In this document: in pieces, positions 40,235-53,298 of the stretch
How positions within the stretch are numbered: position 1 is the first letter of the stretch
How the letters are laid out: every line of letters begins with the position of its first letter
Assembly: GCA_964016885.1 (NCBI GenBank)
Contig: OZ024744.1
Span: 79,794,001-79,858,000, forward strand
Length of the DNA: 64,000 nt
Origin: Eledone cirrhosa
Lineage: Eukaryota
Direction of reading: 5' to 3'
Notes under the pieces: model-generated
Databases searched by the model: none
Told to the model about the DNA's origin: nothing
Seen by the model: the letters and a program-made list of their open reading frames with translations, nothing else
Program-made: the position numbers and the translations under genes

Positions 40235-40517
40235 AAATGTAATATTCTAAACTGTGGTTATGTCACAGCTATCTCAGAATCTTTCTCCAATGATCGAAGC
40301 TTTAACCCTTCAGCATTTACATTACTCTATATATACTATTATATTTTCTCAGTAAAGGCTTTACCTCACATAATACAAAATCTATGAGATGTTGATGTTA
40401 TTCGTTTTGAGAACAATACCTTAACATCATTATGACTGGCCGGTTACAGCCAGTTTGAACAGAAAGAGGTGAGAGAATTCTGGCTGGATATGGCTGGTTT
40501 AAATGCTAAAGGGTTAA
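40235..40517 (-). mobile_element. piggyBac-like MITE family 2, second copy
   Basis: Reverse complement of 30927-31220. Confidence 0.7.
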
Positions 40518-40940
40518 TTGCTAAACAACACTTTTATACAATGCTCTTGGTTTAGTTTCAACACATGGTTTCAGATCAACCCACTTACCAGACAAGTACA
40601 ACACCCCACCACACAAACATGCCTGCATACACACACACACATACACAAATCTTGGCGGGTTTTCTTTTTACTTATTCTTCAAACACCCAAATGTAATATT
40701 AGAACTAAGCTCTACACTGAAATGTTTAAAATTATATCACCATCTCATTCAGTTTTACTTTTGTGCCAATTAGGTGCTGAAAGACTAGGTTACTCTATTG
40801 CTCCGTTACATATTCCAGCCAGCAGACTGAGGCCATGCTGGGGCACTGCCATTTTTAAAACTCTTTTTATATCACCCCTCCTAAAACCTGGCTCTGGTTC
40901 TATGAAACAAAAAAATTCATTTTAAAGTTCTTATTTAAAT

Positions 40941-41384
40941 TAAAGTGTTCCAACATACCACATATACTCAAATATAAACTGTCACAACATTAAAGCGTTC
41001 CAACATACCACATATACTCAAATATAAACTGTCACAACATTAAAGCGTTCCAACATACCACATATACTCAAATATAAACTGTCACAACATTAAAGCGTTC
41101 CAACATACCACATATACTCAAATATAAACTGTCACAACATTAAAGCGTTCCAACATACCACATATACTCAAATATAAACTGTCAACATTAAAGCGTTCCA
41201 ACATACCACATATACTCAAATATAAACTGTCACAACATTAAAGCGTTCCAACATACCACATATACTCAAATATAAACTGTCAACATTAAAGCGTTCCAAC
41301 ATACCACATATACTCAAATATAAACTGTCACAACATTAAAGTGTTCCAACATACCACATATACTCAAATATAAACTGTCACAAT
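40941..41384. repeat. 50-bp minisatellite, 9 near-identical copies (taaagcgttccaacataccacatatactcaaatataaactgtcacaacat)
   Basis: Units start at 40941, 40991, 41041, 41091, 41141, 41189, 41239, 41287 and 41337; units 5 and 7 are 48 bp. Confidence 0.97.
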
Positions 41385-41514
41385 TATCTTGCATCTGAGA
41401 AATGGGCAAAAAATCCAAACCTTATTTACGTAGAATTTGAAATTTTAAAAAAATTATCAAAATATTGACCCCCAAATATAAGGCTCCCCCCACCCTCCAT
41501 TCTACCAGCGATCT

Positions 41515-41889
41515 TTTGGTCACATATTTCTCACACACTGTAAAGTGGTCATGTAGGTGTCACAGCAAAAAGCACCCAGTCCATACTGTAAAGTGGTCGT
41601 GTAGGTGTCAAGACAAAAAAGCACCCAGTACTCACTGTAAAGTGGTCAATGTAGGTGTCACAACAATAAGCACCCAGTACTCACTGTAAAGTGGTCAATG
41701 TAGGTGTCACAACAATAAGCACCCTGCACTCACTGTAAATGAGGTTGGCACTAGGAAGGGCATCCATCTGTAGAAATCAAGTCAAAATCAGTTCTGTATG
41801 AGCAAAACATGGTCACCTGACCTAGCATTGCTCACAACAGGATAACTCGTCTTACCCATGCTAGCATGGAAAAAAAGAACGTCAAATGG

Positions 41890-41920
<31 letters not shown>
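41515..41920 (+). mobile_element. SINE/RTE-B 3' body with about 5 tandem 49-bp internal units and (GAT)n tail
   Basis: Repeated cactgtaaagtggtcgtgtaggtgtcac..aaaaagcacccagt, then aggaagggcatcc and a cccatgctagcatgg tail. Confidence 0.8.
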
Positions 41921-42361
41921 GACCTTTTGTTAAGTTGTGTAACAAATACTATCCTAGAAATGTAATGATAAAATAATTTGAGTAAATCCCACAAAATTAT
42001 TTATTTATTAATTGAAATAGACTTGTGTATTTTATTAGAGATATAGCCATGAAAGAGGAAAGAGTTAAACACACTAATAAACAGCTGCTAGCTGGTTTGG
42101 TAATAGAGCACAGTAGTAAATTTGTAATGTTATATACTCAAATCTGACAAGATTATGCTTCTACTCTAAGCAATATGTAATAAAAAAAGAATAAATAAAT
42201 AATTACAGTATTTCTCCTTGCATAACACTCACTACGACCCTCCATCCCAACCTACCTGTGTGCTATACATAAATACTATCTTTTATTTAATTTTATTATT
42301 TTTTTTTTACTTAACCATTTTTTCTCAAAATAATGTACACATATAGGCACACACACACAAC

Positions 42362-42530
42362 AATAATAATAATAATGAAATTATTGTGTACAGTGCTCAG
42401 GTGCACTACAACTCATCAAAGGTGCATGTATAGTACATAGAATAATGTACAAATGTCAGGAAAGTGAACAGTGTATGAGTCATGATATACACACAGATAT
42501 ATAATGTATACATACACATGCACACACACA
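42362..42530 (-). mobile_element. CR1 3' UTR fragment
   Basis: Reverse complement of 19430-19575. Confidence 0.8.
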
Positions 42531-42924
42531 GTAAATGAATAAATATATAAATAAATAAGTAAATAAAATTGTCAAAAAAACGAAATAAAAAAAATATTTT
42601 GAACAATTTTTCATGGAATGGTAAATATTTGGACATAGGATCAACATGGCATTATGGTATTTAAAAAAAAAAAGATGAAGACTAAATGGGAAGAGTGATG
42701 GAAATGAATATGGAAGAAAGTAGAGGGAGTGGAAGACCAAAAAAGACATAGCTGAAGATGATAGAGGAGAAAATGAAAGTGAGGGGATACAAATGATAAG
42801 GGAAAATGGAAAAGCTTGTCATGGGGTCCACAATGCTAACCCCTGCTGTGGCAGGAAAGGAAGCCTTAAAACACTGGTTTGTTGTCATATAAGATGAAGG
42901 AATATTCTTGATTTTAATAATGTA

Positions 42925-43267
42925 TCATCATCATCATCATTTCATTTTACGTCCACTTTTTCCCTGCTTGCAAGGGTGGGACGGGAACTGATGCTGGCTT
43001 GATTTCTACAGCTGGATGCCCTTCCTAACACCAACCTCATTTACAGTGAGTGCTGGGTGCTTTTTTGCTGTGGCACCTCCACGACCACTTTGCAGTGGAA
43101 TGATAGGGAGCCCAGTCCTATCATCTTATTTCTACAGCTGAGTAAACTGGAGCAATGTGAAATAAAGTGTCTTGCTCAAGGAAACAACACATCACCCGGT
43201 CTGAGAATTGAACTCACAACCTTTCAATTGTAAGGCCAATGCTCTAACCACTAAGCCATGTGCCTCC
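42925..43267 (-). mobile_element. SINE family 2, full length
   Basis: Near-identical to 28458-28794 and to the reverse complement of 52951-53296. Confidence 0.92.
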
Positions 43268-43298
43268 TATATGTATATATATACATATAAATACACTC

Positions 43299-43357
<59 letters not shown>

Positions 43358-43370
43358 CACACACACACAC

Positions 43371-43403
<33 letters not shown>

Positions 43404-43412
43404 GATATATAT

Positions 43413-43595
43413 GAAAATGTTTAACCCCGACGGCAGAGCTCAAGCCGTTTCAACGGCTATTTCTGCGTCCAGAAATAGCCGTCGAAACGGCTTGAGCTCT
43501 GCCGTCAGGGTTGAACATTTTCCTATTAGCCACTCTACTACCCTAAGTATTGAGTACTCTGGTGCGTTATGGTTCCTTACCACACTTCCTTCGTT
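43413..43595 (+). mobile_element. Penelope-like terminal repeat containing a 53-bp-arm palindrome with a hammerhead half-site
   Basis: Arms 43413-43465 and 43470-43522 (3 mismatches, 4-nt loop); GAAAC-ggc-ttgagctct-gcc-GTC at 43484-43506; the downstream segment is shared with 9725-9860 and 38001-38070. Confidence 0.6.
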
Positions 43596-44099
43596 ATATA
43601 TATATATATAAAGTGTGTGTGTGCAAGAGTGAGTGTTCGTGTGTATGTGCATAAGTAGTCTAGACGTGTAATAATTGTGGGCAAAATACAAGTATAGTGT
43701 TTTATAAAGCTAAACAGCTTGGTGACCTGCGACCTGTGACCTAAAGGCGTGAAAAGTGCTTCTATGATACTCGATCTCTTAAGTAAATGAGGCATTATGC
43801 TGATGATTCATAGCTCTATTTTCAATTAGTTAATGCTTTCCTACTACCAAGGTATGCATGAGGAAAGCACCTGATGAGGATGACTAACAGACAGAAAACA
43901 ATAAATAAACAATAAAAGAAAGAAAAAATATCCAACATCTGAAATTTGAATTGTATTACACACACACACAAATAATAAAATTACCATGAAATGTGATTAA
44001 AATTACAGAAAATAGAATGTATGATTTTTAAAAAAATTAACAATGGCAATAAACAAAAATAAAACATGATATCCAAGTAAATAATTAAAATAAGGATTC

Positions 44100-44590
44100 T
44101 TTTAAACTGGGCTAAAAAATTTGTTTAAATCAGTGGATTATAAATTTAATTAAACTGGAATCACAAATTTGTTTAAAACCGGGATCACAATTTTTTTTTT
44201 TAAACCGGAATGAATTACACAATTTTAAAACTGGAATTAGAGATTTATTTAAAACTGAGATCACGTATTTCTGTAAAATTGGGATAAATTTGTTTCATAT
44301 TGGGATCACAAATTTCTGTAAAATTCGCATAAATTTGTTTAAAATTGAGATCACAAGTTTCTGTAAAATTCGGATAAATTCGTTTAAAATTGAGATCACA
44401 AATTTGTATAAAACTGGAATTACAACATTTAAAAAGAAAAATTGGACTTATTTAAAACTAGTGTAACAAATTTGTTTTAAACTGGGAAAACAAATAAATT
44501 TCTTTAAAACTGGGATTACAAATTTGTTTAAAAACAAATTTGCTTATCAAAACTGGGGTTACAAAATTGTGTTAAAACAGGCATAACAAA
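44100..44590. repeat. Degenerate about 25-bp tandem repeat (aaactgggatcacaaatttgtttta-like)
   Basis: Direct inspection; well over ten diverged units. Confidence 0.8.
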
Positions 44591-44746
44591 TAAAAAATAA
44601 ATACCAAAAAATATTAAAAAAATAAATACACCAGGAAAAACAGATGTGAAGGATAAAAATATACGATTTGTCGACTAACTTATTACAGAGCTAGACCAAT
44701 GATGACTAAAAGACAGGCAGTAGTCTAACAGAGTTTAATAACTTAC

Positions 44747-44842
44747 GCGAGGATTGTTTTATTGCAGGAAGCTTTTTATCCTTGTTTGTCACATTAAATT
44801 TCCCAGTACTGGGAGTCTTTGAGGGTGAGATTTTCTTGGATG
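44747..44842 (-). CDS. Internal coding exon (96 nt, phase 1/1) of an unidentified minus-strand host gene; peptide xSKKISPSKTPSTGKFNVTNKDKKLPAIKQSSx
   Basis: Minus strand reads cttatttcttatttttctgcatggtttttattcAG|catccaag...caatcctcgc|GTAAGT: polypyrimidine tract, AG acceptor and a perfect donor. Length is a multiple of 3, the phase-1 frame is open, and the sequence is unique (non-repeat). Confidence 0.7.
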
Positions 44843-45964
44843 CTGAATAAAAACCATGCAGAAAAATAAGAAATAAGCCCCCAAAAAAGAAAAAAGAAAT
44901 TTTTTTTTCTTTTTAAAAAGCAACATCTTTACTTGCCATTAAATATATACATGCATCTTTGAGGTATTAGAAACACATAACAGCACACACACACACCCAC
45001 ACACACACAACCACACAACAAACAAAATAAATAGTAAAATCATTAACCATTCTACTTGATTATATATCTACAGATCAATTCTGGCTAAATTCCTCTAAAC
45101 AACAAAGCATGACTCATATTGTCCAAAGATGTTTAAAGTTTTATTAACAGATGTACACACACTTAACTATATGTATATATCATCATCATCATCTTTGTTT
45201 AACGTCCATTTTCCACGTTAGCATGGGTTAGACGGGAGTTGTCCCACTTGAGGCAAGGTTAGTCAGGTGACCGTGTCTCACTCATATAGGACTATCTGGC
45301 AGGTTTTCTATGGCTGGATGCCCTTCCTAACACCAACCACATTTACATATATATATGCTTGTGTAAGTATACATGTCACTTGTGTTGTTTGGCATCTTCC
45401 AAATGACACCTTCCTAATTTGGAAGAATCGTCATGGTAGGACTCTAAGCTACGGTGTTCCAACAGTTTCTTTATAAAAAAAAAAAAATCATAGGCTTAGA
45501 AGAGCCAGCAAGCTGACAAACAGAATTTTTCGTTGTTATCTTATTATTGTTGTGTCTGCCACCCCCCACCCCCACCCACCCGGGGGGGGGGGGGGGGGGC
45601 TGTTTCTGTGTTTTGTCAACTTTCAATCTTTCAAAGTCCTAGTGATATTACTGAAAGCCTAGAGTTCTTGTAGGAACTTCCAGCTTTCAAGTTTGCAATA
45701 AAATATATTGAGATTTTTTTTTTTCAATTTAAAGACAATGTGTCCTTTCTTTTATTAAAATCTGCTGATTTAATATCAACATCTTTTAGAAATCTCAAGT
45801 TACTGTCTGTGACAGTTAATGTTAAGTATTTGTTGTTCAGCTGTTCTATACAATCATGATTCTTGATTCTGAATGATACCTGAATAATCTTTTATTAAAA
45901 AATTTATATATTGTATTAACTAAATTATATAACAATTGTATAGTCTTGTTTTGGAGTGGTACTT

Positions 45965-46275
45965 CATGTCTAGAAAGTGACTTGATCTGAGATCATGTGT
46001 TGAAACTAAAACAATTACTGCATGGAAGAGTCATTTTAGCCACAATTGTACTTGATTTGCAAGTGACTTGATCTGAGATTATGTGTTGAAACTAAAACAT
46101 CATGGAAGAGTCATTTAAGCCACAGTTATACATGTCTTGCAAATGACTTGATCTGAGATCATAAATGAAACTAAAATAATTACTGCATAGAAGAGTAATT
46201 TTAGCTACAGTTTTACTTGTCTTCTAAGATCATGTATTGAAAATTAATTACTGTGTGGAAGAGTCATTTTAGCCA
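45965..46275. repeat. About 75-bp tandem repeat, about 4 copies (aagtgacttgatctgagatcatgtgttgaaactaaaac...gagtcattttagccac)
   Basis: Direct inspection; a single related monomer lies at about 27600-27660. Confidence 0.8.
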
Positions 46276-46705
46276 TTTAAAAACACATAAGAACTGTTAA
46301 CATTACTTTATATTTGTCATTTATTTCAGGAATTGTGCCAGTGACCAGGTTGCAGATAGTATGATGAAAAATTTTGTCACCAAGAAATAAATGATATACA
46401 GTATATAAAATAAAGTTAGGTGGAAAATTGGCATAATCATTAGAATAATGGATAGAATGCTTTGTGGTGTACATTCTAGCTATCTAAGTTCAAATCCCAC
46501 TGAGGTTAACTTTGTTTTTGACCTTTCAAAGTAAAAAAAAAAAGTACTGAGATCGATTCTTCCTCAATATCTCTTTCCTTCTCTGGAAGAAATCAGCTCT
46601 GTTCAGCTAGAGAGGGAATGGGCTCTGCCAAGTTTAAAGTGCCTAATGTCAGAACCACACCCTTTCAACTTCATCAAAAGTTATAGGTCTATACATACAT
46701 ACAAG

Positions 46706-47011
46706 CTCTCGGGTTTTGAATAATCCTCTCCTCCCGCTTATTAATTTTAAAGATTTCTTTCACCACCCCCACTTTTATTCCAACCCACTCCATCGCTGCT
46801 TATTAAATTTTGCTAATCTATCTCCAGTGAAACATTATACATTACTAGAAAACGTTATAAAATGAATATTATGGGTAGGGGTCTCAATATGTAAACTAAA
46901 GAACTAATTTTGGTTTTTAAAATCTCAATGGGGACAACCTAGAAAAATTACTGATTTTTCAACTCCTCTGCATCTTCCAATGCCCCACCCCTATTATTTG
47001 GGACACGAGAG
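46706..47011. mobile_element. Possible MITE with degenerate ctctcg...aataat TIRs
   Basis: Left ctctcgggttttgaataat versus right attatttgggacacgagag followed by TA. Confidence 0.35.
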
Positions 47012-50000
47012 TAGATACATACATAAAGTAAAATAAACAACTTTTGTGTGATTTTTTGAATAGCTAAAATGGCTTTTCTATGCTGTAATTGTTTTTGTTG
47101 TTTTACTTAAAACAATCAACTGAGATTCAACAAAATCTGTGACATCAGACAACACAAGATCGTTCAATACCTGCAATGGGTAGAGAATTTTCAGCAGTTC
47201 CCAGGAAGTATTATGTGTTATAGACCTACTTGAGAAGAGCTTACAACATTCATGCAGCCCCAACACCTATATAGCAAATATCATAAGGGGTGTATAGGAA
47301 AACATATATGATATGTTTATGTATAATAAACATACAAATTATATTGGACATTTACCATGTAAGTGACAATATAGCTCTTATGCCATGATGATTTGAAAAT
47401 TAAATTAGGTAGAGGGACCTGTTAGAAAAAATATATTGCAGTCTCCATTTCATGATGTAAAAACTAGTGATGGGCCTGCAATCTGTCCGGGAAGGCATGA
47501 GATGGTTGTACAAACATTGCGTATCCAGAGACCTCCCAAAGAGAGTTCGGAAGGGAGCAAACCTTGACAATAAAAATTATAGTCAAGTGTACAACAGCCT
47601 CTGTAATGTTGGTGACATGATAATATGCACCCAGTACTTTCTGTAAAATGGTTGGTGATAGAAATGGCATCCAACCATAGAAAACTTGCCAAACTGACTG
47701 GGTCTGCGATGACCCATCAAACTCTTGCTAGCAGAGAAAACTGTAAAACATTCAACATTTTTGATGCCAAATTGCTTGAACTCACCTATGCTTCTATGAT
47801 ACAATAATTCCATGTAAGAACCTTTGTTAAGTTACGCTCCAAATACCATCTTAATAATGATTTGTAATTTAGGTACAAAGTCAGTAATTTTATTGGGAAG
47901 GTAAAATTGATTATATCAACACCAGTACTTGACTATTAGTTTATTTTATCAACCCCGAAGGATGAAAGGCAAAGTTGAACTCAGCAGGACTTGAACTCGG
48001 AATGTAAACAGCCATAACTAAATGCCACAAAGCACTTTAACAGTTCTGCCAACCCACTGCCATCACACCAGCTTAATAATGAGGAATTTTAGTTATGATA
48101 AATCACTACAATTGCCCGATTATTTAAAAAGTTATTTGAAAATTGTAAGAGTCTTATATTAGAAATGTGGCAAAAATGGTTTAAGCCTACTAAGTTATGA
48201 CCACACTTCTCAGTCATGTCCACATTTATCAACAACACAGAGAAAAAAAAAAGCATTAAACATTTTTTATTAGATTATATAATCTGTGAATGTTATTATA
48301 ATAGCAAAGCAAAGAATAAGAATGAAAATGAAAGCAGACAAAGAAAAAAGCAGCAAATATGGAAAAAAATGTTTTCCAGATTGTTCACACAACATTTTGG
48401 TTTTCCCTTATGGAGTGTTTGTGTGTGTAGCCTGCATTGAATTAAAACTGGTGGAAATAATTAATTATTTTCAAAAATATCATGAAAATAACGAAGAAAT
48501 CTGTCTCTTGCCATCGCAATGATGCAACTTTTTAAAATAGAATAATTTTTGAAGATCAATATTTATAGAAATTACAATTCAGAAAACTTTCTTAATTAAG
48601 ATTTGGCAATAATTTTTTTTTTTTCAATTCCAAGGTTATAAAAAGTGTTCATTTTGAAAGTATAGGAGACTGAAGAAAGACAACTTATTGGATTTTTTTT
48701 TAATTTTGATTTTATTTAACCCTTTTGTAACCATATTTCTAACGAAATAGACTGCCAAATGTGTTTTAATTGATTTTGAAAATAATCGAAAATTTTGAGG
48801 AATTTAGTGAAATGACATTTTCTCATTAAGTTTCTTACGTAGAATTATGTTGGAAGGTTTTAATATAAGTATGAACATTTTAAAACAAGTAGCTTTGTTT
48901 CAAAGAAACAGATGTGGGGGTATCAAAAGGCACAAAAGAAACTCTACCCAACAAAGTAGTTCTTTAGTTTATTTCAGTTATCATGGCTAAAAACCATGAT
49001 GGAGCATCTTAAACTTAGATACATCAACGTAACCAAACATGATTCTAAAAGTAGAAGGGCCTTAACTCCTGTTGGAGTTGTAGAGGTGCCGTCTTGAGAC
49101 ATGATGTGTCTTAAGGGTTTTAAACCTAGCGGAACACAGCCAATTTCAGAGAGAGAGAGAAGAGAAAGAATTGCCCTTAGTACTGGACTTATAGATTATT
49201 TATCGACTTAAAAAAGATGAAGGGTAAAAAGTCAAGCTCTGCAGGATTTGAACTCGGAGTGCAGTGAGCCAGAACAAATACCCGAAGCATTTTCAATTCA
49301 ATGCCATTACTACTTTACCAATTTGCTGCCTAAATGTGATTAACATGAAACAATTCTAATTCTAATTATGCTCATCAAGCAAGAGGCACAATATTTTGTG
49401 GAACAACATTAGAGAGAGAAAGGGAGAGAGAGGGGCAGAGAGAGGGAGAGAAAGAGAAAGAGAAAGACCTCAAGCAAATCTTGACAAGTATGCCTCACCT
49501 TCTATGACCCGGCACCCCCCCTCCTCTGCCCACCTCTCAGTGGCTTCTAACTGAGAGATGGGCTCTCATTGGTCCCTTCATAGATATATGTATCACATGC
49601 CTCAGTGTTTTCTAGTTTGTCTTACAGTGATGGTATTTCGTAGATTACTCTACCCAGCCTTTTCCCTGACCTCTAACTATTTAAAATACCAACTAAAAAG
49701 ATTGACATTTCATCTCATGTAATGTCAGACTGTGTACAATATTTCTTAGAAGATTGATTTGATACAAAATATTTGTATGCTGTCTGCCGGGGCCCGTGAA
49801 GCGGCCAGCACATGGGCCCTCATTTGCTCACAATAGTGAGAGATGGGGAGAGCAGGATGGACAGAGGCAGTATCGGGGAGTTTGGTTCTTTTGTGTTTAG
49901 ACCTGGTGTATATATGTGTATATAAGAGAGAATGAGTCTTTCCCTCTATCAGCACAGGCATATATAATATTAAAATTAACACCTGTGTTCACTTTTCCAT

Positions 50001-50569
50001 CCATCCTTCCTGTATTGAAGTGTTCATTTAGTTAATGTTTGACTGTTTCTATGCATGGTTATATATACAGCACCAGAACAAATTGATTTTCAATTAGACT
50101 CCCAAATTAATTTTGTCAACACATATATAATGATTTTTTATAATACTAATAATTGTTTCTACTTTTTGGCACAAGGCCAGCAATTACCCAGTACATTACT
50201 GGTGCTTTATTTTATATCGACCCCGTAAAGATGAAAGGCAAAGTTAGCCTTGGTGGGATTTGAACTCAAACCGTAAAGGGCCGTAACTGTATGCTGCAAA
50301 GCATGGCGTCCGACTCTCTACCGATACTGCCAATCCACTGCCCTTATGGTTTCTGATTGAAGCACAAGGCCAGCAATTTTGTGGGGGGGGGGGGATTATA
50401 TCAACCCCAGTGCGTTACTGGTATTTTATTTTATCAACCCTGTAAGGATGAAAGGAAAAGCTAACTGATACCATTTAAAAAACAACAATAAAATATAATA
50501 ACCAGCAAGTGTGTTTTAGAATATGATAGCAATTGAACATTTTAAAATAGAATTATAAGCTATCTTCAA

Positions 50570-50950
50570 TTCAGTATTCATGGCAACCCTTACCTATGGT
50601 TATGAAATTTGGGTAATGACCAAAAGAATATAATCACGTATACAGGTGACCGGAATGGGGTTTCTATGAAGGGTCTTTGGAGTAACGTTACTCAATAGAA
50701 TGCATAGCTTGGAGATGAGAGAGTCACTCCCAGTAGAGCTGCTACTTCTCCGAATTGAGACATCAGGGCATGTGGTCAGAATGTCACAGGGAAAAAAAAC
50801 GGCCAGACAAATTTTATGAGCAAAACCAACTAATAGGAGACACAGGAGTAGACCCTAGCAAGATGGTTGGATGACATCCATGAGCTTGGCTGGTCTTGCT
50901 TGAGGACTCTTCCCCCCACTATCCTCTCAGGAATAGAAGAAAATAGTGTA
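50570..50950 (+). mobile_element. Old RTE (Expander/Rex3-like) RT C-terminal fragment
   Basis: TLTYGYEIWVMTKR..SRIQVTGMGFL.RV.GVTLLNR...LLLRIE..GHVVRM...GDTGVDP with stops. Confidence 0.7.
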
Positions 50951-51723
50951 ATATCAGGGAATATAACAAAAAAAAAAATGGCCATCAGCACACGAGGGGA
51001 ATTGAACTCACACCTCTTATTGTCCGGATAAATGCCCCAAAATGCTGAATGTCACTACAGTGCCCCCATAAGTTACAGGCGCATATATATATATATATGC
51101 AAAGTGGTTGTGGAGGTGTCATGACAAAAAAAAAGCACCCAGCCCACACTGTAAAGTGGATGTGTAGGCGCCATGAAAAAAAAGCACCCAGCACACACTG
51201 TAAATGAGGTTGGTGTTAGGAAGGGCATCCAACTGTAGAAATCAAGCCAGAATCAGTTCCTGTATGAGCAAGACAAGGTCACCCAACCTGGCACTACCCA
51301 CTACAGGACAACCCATCTAACCCATGCTAACGTGGAAGAATGGATGTAAAACGGTGATGATGATGATGACACACGCCCATACATATATACTTATCTAAAA
51401 ATCTTCCATCATACATTTTTCTAAGAACCATTGTTAAGGTGTATTCTAAACACTGGCTTAATAATGAGAAAGTTGGTTGAATGTTTTTTTTTTAATTAGA
51501 AATATAGTAATGAAAGAGTTAACAAAAGAAGCAGGTATATAATGCTATATTAAACTGCACAGTTTGTTTGCTTCTGTTTTGAATAACAACAATATAAACA
51601 ATTCACACATACATGTATATACAAACACACACATATATGTATGCATGTATATATACATACATATGCACACACACACATACATATACACACACACATATAT
51701 ATATAGTAGTATATATATATGTA

Positions 51724-51765
<42 letters not shown>

Positions 51766-52117
51766 GTGTGTATATATATTATGCCATGAGTTAAACTGTT
51801 AGTCCAAATCAACTTCAAAGGAAAACATTCACGTAATTTAAATTCTAAATAACAGCATTCATTTAAACTCAGTTTGCAAGATCACAGTTAAGTAATTATT
51901 TATTTATTAAACGGTGCTTTAGATATAGAATCTATAGGAATTCATGTCTTTTATGGAGCAAAAAGTTATAAGTAGACACTGTTTATATGAAAACAGATGG
52001 AATTAATATTTGAAAAAATAAATTAACAATTAGAAACAGCAAGCCCTGGGTACATGTGCAGATATAAGCATATGTGCATTTGTTTGCATGTTTAAATATG
52101 CTTGTGTAGTCATATAT

Positions 52118-52220
<103 letters not shown>

Positions 52221-52429
52221 ATGTATGTATGTGAGCATGTATGTGTGCACACGTGTATTAATGTATGCTTATATGTATATACATGTGTGTGTGTGTGTGT
52301 GTGTGTTTTCCTTCAAAATATTGGTATATGGAAAAAGAAATGCAGTAATTCGGAATATTCTAGAAATTTGGCTAATTATTTCCCCATAGAGAATGGATGA
52401 ATGGATATATATGTGTGTGTGTGTGTGTA

Positions 52430-52498
<69 letters not shown>

Positions 52499-52908
52499 CA
52501 TAGGTATGTGTACAATACAATCCAGGAAGATAGTGTGGAGATTGGTTTGTGAACTGGCCGTAATATCTCTTAATAAGACGTGTGTCTATTAATGGAAATA
52601 TTGATAATGCGCACCTTTATTGATTGAATTTCGACCTCCTCCTTTGAAACAATTGTAAATTAATAAACACTTCTTCATGAATTTTGGTTGAATTTCTCTA
52701 ATTATAACTTTGATTTGATATATATATATAGTGAGAGAGGGGTTGAGAGAGAAATATATTCCAATGGAATCGATAAAAGATTTTTACTTACTGCTCTGAT
52801 TTGAGATGGTCTTGTTCAATGTGTTTTTGTCATTTGTCCATGACAAAGAAGCACTTTTGGTGTTCATATTCTTTTGAGAAGGCTGAAATATAAAAATGGT
52901 ATATATAA

Positions 52909-52939
<31 letters not shown>

Positions 52940-52950
52940 AATATATACAG

Positions 52951-53296
52951 ATGGAGGCACATGGCTTAGTGGTTAGAGCATTGGCCTTGCAATCGAAAGG
53001 TTGTGAGTTCAATTCTCAGCCCGGGTGATGTGTTGTTTCCTTGAGCAAGACACTTTATTTCACATTGCTCCAGTTTACTCAGCTGTAGAAATGAGATGAT
53101 AGGGACTGGGTTCCCTATCATTCCACTGCAAAGTGGTCGTGGAGGTGCCACGGCAAAAAAGCACCCAGCACTCACTGTAAATGAGGTTGGTGTTAGGAAG
53201 GGCATTCAGCTGTAGAAATCAAGCCAGCATCAGTTCCCATCCCACCCTTGCAAGCAGGGAAAAGCGGACGTAAAAATGAAATGATGATGGTGATGG
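52951..53296 (+). mobile_element. SINE family 2, full length (A box tggcttagtgg, B box gagttcaatt, RTE-A tail)
   Basis: tRNA-like head; tail cccacccttgcaagcagggaaaagcggacgtaaaa(atg)n matches the RTE family A 3' end. Confidence 0.92.
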
Positions 53297-53298
53297 TA

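Noticed and set aside
40941-41384. CRISPR array
   Set aside because: Pure tandem repeat with no spacers.
43871-43900. ctgatga...gaaa hammerhead candidate
   Set aside because: No convincing stems and no cleavage triplet.
52951-53022. Functional tRNA gene
   Set aside because: It is a SINE head: the cloverleaf is incomplete and it continues into the SINE body in all copies.
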